32,000 nt of DNA from Sinorhizobium meliloti (GTDB lineage Bacteria; Pseudomonadota; Alphaproteobacteria; Rhizobiales; Rhizobiaceae): contig NZ_JAGIOS010000003.1 of assembly GCF_017876815.1 (NCBI RefSeq), forward strand, positions 570,001 through 602,000, read 5' to 3'. Shown here in pieces: positions 1 to 9,801 of this stretch (positions are counted from its first letter, which is position 1; every line of letters begins with the position of its first letter). The notes under the pieces are model-generated. The model saw nothing but the letters and a program-made list of their open reading frames with translations, had not been told where the DNA came from and made no database searches. The translations under genes and the position numbers were made by a program.

Positions 1-619
1 TCTGCATATCGGGGCTCTTTGCTGCTATGCAGTAGTCCCGTTTTTCTTGTCGACTGCATTGCTCCGCCGACGCCTGATGCCTTAATTGGAAATGCGGCGC
101 CACGTTACGGGGTCATCAATCGGAAACATCGATCGATCTGGCATGGCCGAGGCAAGCCAGCATTGCTCGAATATCTCACGCTTGGAAACAGCGATGAGAA
201 GGCCCTCCCGCCACGGCGATCGTAACCAGCCAAGTGTTACGGCGTTACGGTTGAGATTCGCCTTTACGCGCGCGACGAGTTCTTCGCCATCTGCGAAGCA
301 GTGAAGAAAGTCGATCCAGGCTTAAGCGAACGGCGCGCATTTGAGAGTATGTCGCTAAGCTCATCGATGCCATGGCCGGTAGTGCGGTGATCATCGGCAC
401 TGGTTACGACGCTGATGATACTTCCATTGGCCCGATTGTTGGAGTTTCGGACGAACGCCTCGAGGAATTCCAGGTCTTCGCTGAGCATTCGGCCCCATCG
501 TTGATGGTGAAGACGTTGATGACGGTGGCCATCAGGCTGACTCAGCCTCGGTGCAGGTAGTGGTCGCGGGGACCAATGCCAAGGAAGGTAGCCATCCGAG
601 CAGGGCGGCGGGATTTTGG

Positions 620-1418
620 GTGCCGCGCGTGGCAGGAGCGCGGCCGTTCCATACCCGACCCGGTCGGCCAGCGTCGAGGTCGAAAGCTCGAGGCCCTCGC
701 ATTTGAACCGGGTGCTCTGGCGGGTGAGCGGCCTATGCATCCCATACTTGTCGAAGAGGGATGGTCGCGAGCAGATGAGGACCGATGAAGCCGCGCGGCG
801 TTGCATGGAACGGCGCCGGCGGCTGGCTGATCGCCTCGCAGTCACGGCAGGTAAATTTCTCCCGCACCGTCTCGATCACTTTGAACCGACGCGGAATCTC
901 TTTCAGCTTTCAGCGTCTCGGTGACGTCTTCGCCCAGCTTGGAAAGCCGCGATCCGCCGCAGCATGCACAGGTGACGGGGGATCGATCACCACGCGCTCG
1001 CGCTCAATATCCTCCGGCCACGGCTTTCGGACCGGCCGTTTTCGCGTGAACGAACGTACGCTCGAGGTCTTGGCGGCGGCCGCTTGCACTGCGACTTCAT
1101 CCTCCGTCGCCGCCATCACCAGTTCTTCGAGCTGCAATTCCATCTGGTCGATCAGGAGCGCCGTGCGCTCGGATCGAAGGCCGCGCAGCTCGCGCTTCAG
1201 CTTTTCGATCGCCAGCTCCAGACTGGCAATCAAGGCCTCACTGTCCGACAGCATGGCCTGCGCATTGGCGGCTTGCGCCACCGCAATGTCCCGCTCGGCG
1301 ACGACGGTATCGCGCTCGGCAACAACGACATCACGTTCAGCCTGTAACATCTCACGCTCGGAAGCGCCAGATAGGCGCTCGCAAGGTCCGCAGGAAGATC
1401 CACAGGCTTTGAAGTCAT
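620..1418 (-). pseudogene. IS66-family transposase (TnpC-type) remnant, frameshifted and 3'-truncated
   Basis: Three minus-strand ORF pieces in different frames (1230..1418, 910..1350, 264..845) read collinearly like IS66 transposases: MTSKPVDLP..., LIASLELAIEKLKRELRGLRSERTALLIDQMELQLEEL, RKPWPEDIERERVV, LFDKYGMHRPLTRQSTRFKCEGLELSTSTLADRVG. There is no tnpA/tnpB upstream, and similarity is lost below about 620. Confidence 0.75.
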
Positions 1419-1651
1419 GAAGCTATTCGATCAGATTTACCCAATATGTTCAATGCAACCGTCGACATCGCGTCCCACGATCACACGGGCGACCATTGGC
1501 GCTGACAACCTCCATAAGCCCACTTTTTGCCGTTAAAGAATTGGTCGGCGCAACAAGCGGAATGGCTAGCTCCGGGACCATATAGACAGAACATCCAGTT
1601 CGCCTCACTTCTCAGCAAGGCGGCCCTCCTCGGATGCGTACCCGTCCGTCT

Positions 1652-3577
1652 CTATGTTGGGCGTTGAAGCGGCGTCATTTGTCCTCCAATCCTGCAGTCA
1701 AGGAATTCCTCGATCGCGAGCGCCAGGTCGGTCGGTTGACGGCCGACGGTGCGTATATGGAGTTCCGGATTTTCCGGGGCCTCATAGCACGAGGATACGC
1801 CGGTGAAGTTCGCGATCTTGCCGGCGAGCGCCTTCTCGTAGAGACCCTTCGGATCGCGGCGCGCACACTCGTCGAGCGGCGTGTCGACGAATATCTCGAT
1901 GAACTCGCCCTCCTCCATCAGTTCCCGCGCCATCCGCCGCTCGTCGCGGAACGGCGAGATGAAGGAGACGAGAACGATCAGACCGGCATCGGCCATGAGC
2001 TTGGCCACCTCCGCCACGCGGCGGATGTTCTCTACCCGGTCCTCCTCGGTAAAGCCGAGGTCCCGGTTGAGGCCGTGACGCACATTGTCGCCGTCGAGCA
2101 GGTAGGTATGCTTGCCCTGAGCGTGGAGGATCCTGTCGAGCTCGTTAGCGATGGTCGATTTTCCGGAGCCGGAAAGCCCGGTGAACCAGAGAACGGCAGG
2201 GAGTTGATTTTTCATGGCGCTGCGCGCGCTCTTGTTCACCTCGAGCGCATGCCAGTGGACGTTGTCTGCGCGCCGGAGCGGAAAATCGATCAACCCCGCA
2301 CCAACCGTGGCATTCGTCACCCGGTCGACGATGATGAAATTGCCCGTCGCCCGGTTGTCCTTGTAGGCGTCGAAGGCGATCGGCGCCTGTGTCGAGATGT
2401 TGCAGACACCCACTTCGTTCATCTGCAGCGACTTCGCCGCCTCACGGATGAAGCTGTTGATGTTGACCTGGTGCTTGAGCGTGGTGACCGTCGCGCTGAC
2501 GCTGTCGGTCTCCGTGCGCAGGATATAGCTTCGTCCCGGCATCATCGGGTTCGCATCGAACCAGATCACATGCGCCTGGAACTGGTCCGCCACGAAGGGC
2601 CGGGCACCTGGGGCGACGAGCATATTGCCGCGGGACGCATCCACCTCGTCAGACAGGACCAGCGTCACCGCTTCGCCTTCCCCTGCCGTCGCAAGCTCCC
2701 CGTCATAGGTCACAATCGCCTTGACCGATGTCCGCTGCCCAGTCTTCGCGACGACGACCGGATCGCCCACGGAAATCCTCCCGCAGGAGATCTGCCCGGC
2801 ATAGCCGCGAAAATCCGCGTTCGGCCGCATGACCATCTGAACCGGGAAGCGGAAAGGCTTTGCCTGGTCCGTCGGATCGAGTTCGACCGTTTCCAGATAT
2901 TCGAGCAGCGCCGCCCCTCTGTACCAGGGGGTATTGGCGGAAGCCGAGATGACGTTGTCGCCGTCTCGCGCCGAGATCGGGATTGGCCGTATGCTGGCGA
3001 AACCGAGCTCTTTGGCGAAAGCCATGTAGTCGGCGACGATTTCCTCGTACACCTGTTGTTGAAAATCGACGAGATCGATCTTGTTGACGGCCAGCACGAC
3101 ATGGCGGATGCCGAGGAGTGAGGCGATATAGGAGTGGCGCCGGGTCTGCTGGAGAATGCCCTGCCGGCTGTCGATGAGGATGATGGCGAGATCCGCCGTC
3201 GAAGCGCCGGTCACCATGTTGCGCGTATATTCCTCGTGGCCAGGCGTATCGGCGACGATGAACTTGCGTTTGGACGTGGCGAAATAGCGATAGGCGACGT
3301 CGATGGTGATGCCCTGCTCGCGCTCGGCCTCAAGCCCGTCGAGAAGCAAGGCGAGATCGATCTCCTTGCCGTTGGCGGCGCCGGGAGAGCCGACACGCCC
3401 GAGGTTTGCGAGCTGGTCTTCGAAGACCAGCTTCGCATCGTAAAGCAGTCGCCCGATCAGGGTCGATTTGCCGTCGTCCACCGAGCCGCAAGTGATGAAT
3501 CTCAGGATCGACTTGTTGTCGTGCTCGGCCAGATGCGCTTCAATGTCATGCGGCGGTATAGATTGAACATACGACAT
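1652..3577 (-). CDS. nodQ: Bifunctional sulfate adenylyltransferase subunit 1 / APS kinase (NodQ, CysNC-like)
   Basis: 641-aa ORF. The N-terminal part is GTPase-like ([32 protein letters not shown]). The C-terminal part is an APS kinase with P-loop [13 protein letters not shown]. The start overlaps the nodP stop (TGATG). It lies in a nod gene context. Confidence 0.95.
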   Translation of the reverse strand: MSYVQSIPPHDIEAHLAEHDNKSILRFITCGSVDDGKSTLIGRLLYDAKLVFEDQLANLGRVGSPGAANGKEIDLALLLDGLEAEREQGITIDVAYRYFATSKRKFIVADTPGHEEYTRNMVTGASTADLAIILIDSRQGILQQTRRHSYIASLLGIRHVVLAVNKIDLVDFQQQVYEEIVADYMAFAKELGFASIRPIPISARDGDNVISASANTPWYRGAALLEYLETVELDPTDQAKPFRFPVQMVMRPNADFRGYAGQISCGRISVGDPVVVAKTGQRTSVKAIVTYDGELATAGEGEAVTLVLSDEVDASRGNMLVAPGARPFVADQFQAHVIWFDANPMMPGRSYILRTETDSVSATVTTLKHQVNINSFIREAAKSLQMNEVGVCNISTQAPIAFDAYKDNRATGNFIIVDRVTNATVGAGLIDFPLRRADNVHWHALEVNKSARSAMKNQLPAVLWFTGLSGSGKSTIANELDRILHAQGKHTYLLDGDNVRHGLNRDLGFTEEDRVENIRRVAEVAKLMADAGLIVLVSFISPFRDERRMARELMEEGEFIEIFVDTPLDECARRDPKGLYEKALAGKIANFTGVSSCYEAPENPELHIRTVGRQPTDLALAIEEFLDCRIGGQMTPLQRPT

Positions 3578-4476
3578 CAGAAGTAGCCCTCCCGCTTCTT
3601 TTTCTCCATCGCCCCGACTTCATCCGTGTCGATCAGCCGGCTCTGCCGTTCGGACGTGCGCACCGTCAGCATTTCCCGCAATATCTCGGGAACGGTGACA
3701 GCGTCGGACTCGACCGCCCCGGTCAGCGGATAGCAGCCAAGCGTGCGGAAACGCACGAGCTGTTCGGTAACCTCCTCTTCGGGTTGGATGGGCATGCGGT
3801 CGTCGTCGACCATGATCAGCATACCCTCTCGCTTGACGACCGGGCGCCTGGCCGCGAAATAAAGCGGCACGATCGGAATTTCCTCGCGCAGGATGTATTG
3901 CCAGATGTCGAATTCGGTCCAGTTGGAGAGCGGAAAGACCCGCATCGTCTCGCCTTGCCCGACCCGCGTATTGTAAGTCTTCCACATCTCGGGCCGCTGG
4001 CGCTGCGGATCCCAGCCGTGCTGGGCACTGCGGATCGAGAAGATGCGTTCCTTGGCGCGCGACTTCTCCTCGTCGCGCCGCGCGCCCGCGAGCGCCGCGT
4101 CGAAACCGTATTTCTCGAGCGCCTGCCGGAGCCCCATCGTCTTCATGACATGGGTGTGCACGTTGGAGCCGTGCGTGAAAGGGCCGATGCCCTGATCGAT
4201 CCCGTCCTGATTGACGTGGACGAGGAGATCGAAGCCGAGCTCTCGCGCCATCCGGTCGCGAAACTCGATCATCTCCCGGAACTTCCATTTGGTATCTACA
4301 TGCAGGAATGGAAATGGCCGCTTGGCGGGGTAGAACGCCTTCATCGCCAGATGCAGCAGTACCGAGGAGTCCTTGCCGATCGAGTAAAGCGCGACCGGGT
4401 TGGAGAATGTTGCAACAACTTCTCGAATGACATGGATCGCTTCGGCTTCAAGCCGCCGAAGATGGGGAAGAGACAT
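3577..4476 (-). CDS. nodP: Sulfate adenylyltransferase subunit 2 (NodP, CysD-like)
   Basis: 299-aa ORF with the PAPS-reductase/ATP-sulfurylase small-subunit motif [13 protein letters not shown]. It is translationally coupled to nodQ. Confidence 0.95.
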   Translation of the reverse strand: MSLPHLRRLEAEAIHVIREVVATFSNPVALYSIGKDSSVLLHLAMKAFYPAKRPFPFLHVDTKWKFREMIEFRDRMARELGFDLLVHVNQDGIDQGIGPFTHGSNVHTHVMKTMGLRQALEKYGFDAALAGARRDEEKSRAKERIFSIRSAQHGWDPQRQRPEMWKTYNTRVGQGETMRVFPLSNWTEFDIWQYILREEIPIVPLYFAARRPVVKREGMLIMVDDDRMPIQPEEEVTEQLVRFRTLGCYPLTGAVESDAVTVPEILREMLTVRTSERQSRLIDTDEVGAMEKKKREGYF

Positions 4477-4889
4477 TTGTGGCCTTGTTCTATGTTCAGG
4501 AAACCTATCCGGGTTACGCCTCGGCAGCTCAGCTCGCTCAAGGCATCCCCAATGCGTGGGATCACCGCAGCAAGACGGTGGCGCGACGTAATGGCGCTAA
4601 GCAACGCCGCACTAAAGCGTTTGCGCTATCTGACGTTCCGCGCTGATGCGCCGGCGCCGAGCGAGATAGCGTCTTCATATGGGGCCGAGCTATTGCTGCT
4701 GGGACCGGAGCGCTCAATCGCAGGCTATTCCGTTGAGACCGTTCAGTATTGCTGACAGGTGCACTATCCATAATGGCTTGCTTCCTCAGCTTTCGGAAAG
4801 TGCAATGGCCTTTATGCCGTTATCATCATTGCGCTGATAGGCTGGCGTATGCAAAATGCAAGCCCACTCATCCGTAGGCCCGACCGCCC

Positions 4890-5627
4890 TCAAATCATTG
4901 CCATACCGCCGTTCACGTGAATGGTCTGTCCGGTGACATAGGCGGCGTGATCGGAAGCGAGATACGCAACGGCGGACGCGACTTCGGTACCGGTGCCCAT
5001 GCGGTGGATCGGGATCGCCACCATGATTTTCTCCTTCTGTTTGTGATTGAGCTTATCGGTCATTGCCGATTCGATGAAGCCCGGGGCGACGCAGTTGACA
5101 GTGATGTTTCGCGTAGCGATCTCCTGCGCCAGCGACTTGGAAAAGCCGATCATACCGGCCTTGGAGGCGCAGTAATTGGTCTGGCCTGGATTGCCGATGG
5201 CGCCGGCGACCGAAGTGACATTGATGATGCGGCCATTTCGACGGCGTATCATCTGCTGGGTGATCTCGCGGGTCAGTCGGAACATGGCGGTGAGGTTGAC
5301 CTCCAGCACAATGTCCCAGTCGGGGTCTGCCATGTGCAAGAACAATCCATCCTTGGTGATGCCAGCATTGTTGACCAGGATGTCGACGCCTTCAAGATCG
5401 GCTTCCGCTCTCTGACCAAGCGCCTTGACTTCGTCTCGATTGGCCAGATTAGCCGGGAACAGCTTGACCCGGTCTCCAAGCTCAGTTGCCAGTGTCTCCA
5501 GTTTTTCAATTTGGGTGCCGTGCAGTCCGACGATAGCGCCCTGAGCATGCAGCACGCGGGCGATAGCCCCTCCTATGGCTCCTGATGCGCCCGTGACGAG
5601 CGCCTTGCGCCCGGTCAATTCGAACAT
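4890..5627 (-). CDS. nodG: 3-oxoacyl-ACP reductase homologue (NodG, FabG-like SDR)
   Basis: 245-aa short-chain dehydrogenase with Rossmann motif TGASGAIGGAIA, NNAG, and catalytic Y-x3-K (YCASK). It lies downstream of nodFE. The ATG is preceded by GAGAAGAGG. Confidence 0.9.
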   Translation of the reverse strand: MFELTGRKALVTGASGAIGGAIARVLHAQGAIVGLHGTQIEKLETLATELGDRVKLFPANLANRDEVKALGQRAEADLEGVDILVNNAGITKDGLFLHMADPDWDIVLEVNLTAMFRLTREITQQMIRRRNGRIINVTSVAGAIGNPGQTNYCASKAGMIGFSKSLAQEIATRNITVNCVAPGFIESAMTDKLNHKQKEKIMVAIPIHRMGTGTEVASAVAYLASDHAAYVTGQTIHVNGGMAMI

Positions 5628-6120
5628 TGTCTTAACCTCTTCTCATATCGTGTAGGCTGGTGATGGTGTCTTTTAACGTCACCGCGCCAGCCGTCTTCGT
5701 GTTCATCGTGGCTTCCTTGCCGCGGCTGATCGTCGCCTTGCGCCGCAGCTCCGCCTTAATATTGCACAGCGGCGAGCCCGGCTTCGCGGCTGATACACGG
5801 CGCTAGGTCAGACAGCACCTTGCAAGCTCCGACTTGCTTGCTGCGATCCATTCACGCTGATGCCGGTACACGCCGGCAATGCCGCAAGAACAACCAGCAT
5901 TACTTCATCGCGCCACCAGAAAAACTGCCTTACATGAACGCCGGCCAATCACGCGATCTCGAAGCGCTGGCCTAGGGTCAAACGCTGCCCAGACCAGTCG
6001 CTCCTTCTCCTGACGAGAGCCATGCCCGATCCCGCTTGACGGACTTCATTGATGCAACGGCACAGGGGGCGTCTCATGCCGCCCTGCAAGTGGTGATCAT
6101 CGAGGAAGCAACTGACAGGC

Positions 6121-7329
6121 TCATACCTGCTTGAATGCCAGAACTGCGTTCGTGCCACCCATGGCGAAGGCGTTGCTCATGGCAACGCGCACCTTACGCT
6201 CACGCGGCACGTTTGGCGTCACGTCTAGATCGCAATCGGGATCTGGCTCACGATAGTTGGCGGTCGGCGGCACGACTCCTTCTTGGATCGCCATCACACA
6301 GGCGATCATTTCAAGCGCACTCGCTGCGCCGATACAGTGCGCGTGGGTGGACTTGGTGGAAGATATGGACATCGAATAAGCATGGTCTCCGAAGACGCGC
6401 TTGATAGCCGTAGTTTCGTTTTGATCGTTGGCCTTGGTGCCGGTGCCGTGCGCGTTGAGGTAGTCGACGTCCTCGGCATTCAGTCCTGCATCGGCAAGGC
6501 AAGCGCGCATCGCCGACTCCGGCCCATGGACAGCCGGCGCTGTGATATGGAACGCATCGGCGGAAAGGCCGACGCCGGCGACCTCCGCGAGTATTGTTGC
6601 ACCGCGAGCGGTGGCATGTTCATAGCTTTCCAGCACGGCCATGCCTGCACCCTCGCCCAGTACCACGCCTTTCCTGCCGGCGGAGAAGGGTCGGCAAGTA
6701 TCCGGAGCGAGTGCGCGCATAGCTTCCCATGCCTTCAGCACAATCCAGACTAGTGGCGCGTCGCTGCCCCCCGCGAGCATGACGTCGGCCCGGCCGCACT
6801 TGATCTGGTCTACCGCCGAAGCGATCGCATGGTTGGCCGAGGAACAGGCGGAGGTGACGCCGAAGACTGGGCCCCGCAGGCCGAGGCTCATGCTGACCTG
6901 GCAGGCGGCGGCACTCGGCATAGCCTTTACACCAGTGAAGATTTCAGTACGGGTCCCCCCGTCGACAAGGAGGGTACGGTATGCTTTTTCGGTAGCGTCC
7001 CATCCTCCCAAGCCGACGCCCACGGTCGCGCCGAACCGAAGGGCATTTCCTTCATTGCAGGAAAGCCCGGCCTGGCGCATGGCTTCGTGCGCTGCAATCA
7101 CGGCAAGCACGCTAATGCGATCCATCGATACGAGCTGCTTGCGGTCGATGTTGTGGTCAGGCAGCGCCTTGATCTCAGCGCCCACTATGCCCTTCATGCC
7201 GTGAAGCTCTGTATTGAGAAGCGGCCCGATGGCGGAGCGGCCTTCGCGCATCCATTTCCAGATGGAGGTGGTGTCGGTGCCCAGTCCGCATAGGCCGCCC
7301 ATTCCGGTGATGACAACGCGCCTGTCCAT
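6121..7329 (-). CDS. nodE: Beta-ketoacyl synthase NodE
   Basis: 402-aa KAS-type condensing enzyme with active-site Cys context [11 protein letters not shown] and His motifs HGTGT and [12 protein letters not shown]. The start abuts the nodF stop (TGA ATG). Confidence 0.93.
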   Translation of the reverse strand: MDRRVVITGMGGLCGLGTDTTSIWKWMREGRSAIGPLLNTELHGMKGIVGAEIKALPDHNIDRKQLVSMDRISVLAVIAAHEAMRQAGLSCNEGNALRFGATVGVGLGGWDATEKAYRTLLVDGGTRTEIFTGVKAMPSAAACQVSMSLGLRGPVFGVTSACSSANHAIASAVDQIKCGRADVMLAGGSDAPLVWIVLKAWEAMRALAPDTCRPFSAGRKGVVLGEGAGMAVLESYEHATARGATILAEVAGVGLSADAFHITAPAVHGPESAMRACLADAGLNAEDVDYLNAHGTGTKANDQNETTAIKRVFGDHAYSMSISSTKSTHAHCIGAASALEMIACVMAIQEGVVPPTANYREPDPDCDLDVTPNVPRERKVRVAMSNAFAMGGTNAVLAFKQV

Positions 7330-7611
7330 TCAAGCCCCCTTAGTGAGCAAGCCTCGGATGGCTCCCACTATGTCGCCGACGTTCTGGAGATCCGACCACG
7401 CCTCGGCCGTGTTCATCTCGATCCTGATACCGTAGGCCTGTTCCACGTCCCAGATGATGTCTGCCAATCCGAGAGAATCGACACCAAGCGCGGTCAATTC
7501 AGTGGCAGCCGTTAAATCGCCGACTATTAACGCGGTCTCTCCATCGCCGCCCTCCGATTCGACACGGTTCTTGATGATGCCAATGATTTCGCTTTCGAGT
7601 TGATCTACCAT
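7330..7611 (-). CDS. nodF: Nodulation acyl carrier protein NodF
   Basis: ACP-like protein with the phosphopantetheine-serine motif [12 protein letters not shown] chose the ATG at 7611 ([10 protein letters not shown]) because AGGGA lies 8 nt upstream. The track ORF extends 10 codons further, to 7641. Confidence 0.88.
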
Positions 7612-7814
7612 TCTGTTCCCTTTAGCTTGTGTTCGACGCACGGCGGCTCAAATTCCTGAGGCGGCCCGATACGAAAATTATCATCAGGCGTGCGCGACTG
7701 GCTTAGCCTAATGCCCGCAGAGCCGGACATCCGGCTGGTCTGTGCAGAAGCCTCCGATGACGAAGAACATCATTGGCCTCCCAATCGTGGGCAGCTTGTG
7801 CTACATATCAGTGG

Positions 7815-7861
7815 GATTGGTAAAATCGATTGTTTGGATGTCGGCCATCCGTGAAATGGAT
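7815..7861 (-). promoter_or_regulatory. nod box (NodD-binding promoter element) upstream of nodFE
   Basis: The minus strand reads ATCCATTTCACGGATGGCCGACATCCAAACAATCGATTTTACCAATC. ATC/GAT motifs sit at positions 1-3, 13-15, 23-25 and 35-37. The element is about 200 nt upstream of the nodF ATG. Confidence 0.92.
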
Positions 7862-8007
7862 GTCTGTGACTAGCGGACGGCTATCCAGTGCACCAAGCAC
7901 AACGACACATCTCTGCCGTAGATCACAACAATCAAATCGACTGCCGGCGCGAGTATGTTTCTCCCTGCTACATTGCGCTCATCCCCTCTGCGGCTCGGCG
8001 TTCTCAT

Positions 8008-8054
8008 ATTCACAGGCTGGATCCCTCTCATAAAAACAATCGATTTTACCAATC
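8008..8054 (+). promoter_or_regulatory. nod box upstream of nodH
   Basis: ATTCACAGGCTGGATCCCTCTCATAAAAACAATCGATTTTACCAATC. The 47-nt architecture is the same, and the distal half is identical to the nodF box (AAACAATCGATTTTACCAATC). It lies 235 nt upstream of the nodH ATG. Confidence 0.88.
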
Positions 8055-8288
8055 TGGGCGACTGCGATTAAAACGCTAAGCAGTCCGGATTGCGAGTGAG
8101 CAGCGCTGAGGTGTCGGCCGATAGAAGCACGAAACTAGCAAACGTCGAGCTCTGATCGAGTCATGAATGGAAGCTAACCATAGGTGATCAACGCTTAAGA
8201 GCAGCGCGCTCCCCAGACTAAGCAAGACGGCGGGCGAACATAATCCTCCGCTGAAACCACCACAACTGCTAAATGGAAACACGCCTGA

Positions 8289-9026
8289 ATGACCCATTCC
8301 ACGCTGCCGCCTCAGCCATTTGCAATCCTTGCAATGCCAAGGACCGGTACACACTACTTGGAAGAATTGGTGAACGAGCATCCGAATGTATTGAGTAACG
8401 GTGAATTGCTCAATACGTACGACACGAACTGGCCTGATAAAGAACGCCTGCTACTCAGCGATCGAGAGCTTCTTGAGCGTGCCTTCTTGCGCTATCCCCC
8501 ACAAAGCGACAAGAAGGTGACCCATGTGGGTTGCAAGATCAACGAGCCTCAGTTTCAGGAGCGTCCGAGCTTTTTTGCCGAGCTGACCGCTTGGCCTGGA
8601 CTTAAGGTTATCCTTGTGATTCGCAGAAACACATTAGAGTCGCTAAGATCGTTTGTGCAGGCAAGGCAAACCCGCCAGTGGCTCAAGTTCAAGTCGGACA
8701 GTTCAGCTCCTCCACCTCCGGTGATGTTGCCATTCGCCACCTGCGAAGCCTACTTCAAAGCTGCCGACGATTTCCACGCTCGAGTGGTGAACGCCTTTGA
8801 TTCAAGCAGGATACGTTTAATCGAGTACGAGAGGCTCCTTCGCGATCCCCTCCCTTGCGTGGCAAAGGCCTTAGATTTCCTCGGCGCTCCTGCCCTACAG
8901 CTTGCTGATCGCGGTATTCTTCGGCGTCAAGAGACGCGTCCGTTGGACCAAACGGTACGGAACTTTCATGAGTTGCGGGTTCACTTCGCGAATGGACCTT
9001 ACGCGAGGTTCTTTGAGCTTGCGTAA
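8289..9026 (+). CDS. nodH: Nod factor sulfotransferase NodH (last codons replaced by the IS end)
   Basis: 245-aa ORF with a PAPS-binding-loop-like MPRTGTHYLEEL and its own nod box. The stop TAA (9024..9026) lies inside the left inverted repeat of the inserted IS66-family element. Confidence 0.92.
   Translation: MTHSTLPPQPFAILAMPRTGTHYLEELVNEHPNVLSNGELLNTYDTNWPDKERLLLSDRELLERAFLRYPPQSDKKVTHVGCKINEPQFQERPSFFAELTAWPGLKVILVIRRNTLESLRSFVQARQTRQWLKFKSDSSAPPPPVMLPFATCEAYFKAADDFHARVVNAFDSSRIRLIEYERLLRDPLPCVAKALDFLGAPALQLADRGILRRQETRPLDQTVRNFHELRVHFANGPYARFFELA
9015..9022. repeat. 8-bp target-site duplication GAGCTTGC (left copy) of the outer IS66-family element
   Basis: An identical octamer abuts the other IS end at 17358..17365. 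Confidence 0.9.
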
Positions 9027-9093
9027 GCGCTCATTTCCATGCGCGTTGACGCGGCCCGTTTGACCGGGGTCGCTGTGCGACGGCTGCATTGGA

Positions 9094-9306
9094 TCAGGCA
9101 GCGACTGCTTTGGTGAAGTTGAAGGGCAAGAGATCGGTGATGTCAGTATCTGTTGCGCGCTGTGGCAATTCACTAAGCACGTGGCGCAAGTAGGCCAAGG
9201 GCTCGACGCCGCAGGCGCGACAGGTCAGCATGATGCTGTAGACGACAGCACTGGCCCTGGCTCCGTCCACGGTATCGCTGAACAGCCAGGATTTTCTTCC
9301 AGTGGC
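9094..9306 (-). pseudogene. Outer IS66 transposase tnpC, C-terminal fragment
   Basis: (A)TGRKSWLFSDTVDGARASAVVYSIMLTCRACGVEPLAYLRHVLSELP matches the conserved IS66 C-terminus (GRKNWLF...AKLNG.DP..YL). It continues the frame that ends at 11891 (...IDNNLLERDIRIFA). Confidence 0.85.
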
Positions 9307-9341
9307 CATTGCAAGGTCATTCTACCCATATCGGCGAATAT

Positions 9342-9791
9342 GTGACCATTCATTACCCACATCATCCGCTTTTTGGGAAGCGCGTGAGACGTCAGGGCGT
9401 CGATCATCGCAAAGGCGGGGCGGTCGCGCACATCGAGACGACGCCCGGTAATGTCATTGTCATTCCGACGTGGATGCTGGATCCGATTGCCTGTGCGGGC
9501 ATGGAGATTGGCGAGCCCCGTGCTTCCCTTGAAGCGCTCATTGAACTCGCCAGTCTATTGACCCCTCAAGGTGAGAGGGCACCCTCGTCAACTGCCAAAG
9601 CAGTTGACGAGGAGGTTCCAGATGAAACTGCCAACGCCAATTCCACCCGAGGGTCCGCGCCAGATGATCATGGCGTTCGACTCGGTGAAGACGCGTGGGA
9701 TGAGCCCGCGCCAAAGGGAAGCCGCACTGATGGCATTGGCCATGTTGTTGATGGAGGCGGCCTGTGTAGCGGAGAAGGAGGCGCCGCATGA
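9342..9791 (+). CDS. Hypothetical small protein (HYPHHPLFGKR motif), first gene of the recombinase element
   Basis: The ORF is in frame with track ORF 9309..9791, whose TTG start lies 3 nt inside the element end, so GTG 9342 is a more plausible start. The N-terminal ~95 aa look protein-like (VTIHYPHHPLFGKRV...VIVIPTWMLDP...LEALIELASLL). The stop overlaps the recombinase start as ATGA. The C-terminal half is low-complexity and overlaps an alternative ORF. Confidence 0.4.
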   Translation: MTIHYPHHPLFGKRVRRQGVDHRKGGAVAHIETTPGNVIVIPTWMLDPIACAGMEIGEPRASLEALIELASLLTPQGERAPSSTAKAVDEEVPDETANANSTRGSAPDDHGVRLGEDAWDEPAPKGSRTDGIGHVVDGGGLCSGEGGAA

Positions 9792-9801
9792 ACGCGTTTA
9801 G
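9622..9801 (+). CDS. Alternative small ORF (59 aa) upstream of the recombinase
   Basis: ATG preceded by GAGGAGG at -13..-7. The product is MKLPTPIPPEGPRQMIMAFDSVKTRGMSPRQREAALMALAMLLMEAA... It overlaps ORF 9342..9791 in another frame, so only one of the two is likely to be real in this stretch. Confidence 0.3.
   Translation: MKLPTPIPPEGPRQMIMAFDSVKTRGMSPRQREAALMALAMLLMEAACVAEKEAPHERV

Noticed and set aside
264-845. 193-aa minus-strand ORF as a real gene
   Set aside because: Only its middle part (LFDKYGMHRPLTRQSTRFKCEGLELSTSTLADRVG) is IS66-like, and the rest is out-of-frame read-through. I treated it as part of the transposase remnant.
1281-1343. About 21-nt imperfect tandem repeat (x3) as a regulatory repeat
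   Set aside because: It encodes the repeated VVAERD heptad-like segment of the IS66 transposase coiled-coil region, so it is a coding repeat inside a pseudogene.
1634-3121. 495-aa plus-strand ORF
   Set aside because: It lies entirely antisense to nodQ. The composition is Arg/Asp/Leu-rich and not protein-like, which is typical of a mirror ORF in a high-GC gene.
3784-4755. 323-aa plus-strand ORF
   Set aside because: It is antisense to nodP and runs on into the spacer. It has no recognisable motifs, whereas nodP on the opposite strand is unambiguous.
5775-5790. 16-nt identity (AGCCCGGCTTCGCGGC) between the nodE-nodG spacer and the inner IS66 tnpA (15075..15090)
   Set aside because: The flanks do not align and no IS66-like translation surrounds it. 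An isolated 16-mer match is plausible by chance in 32 kb of GC-rich DNA.
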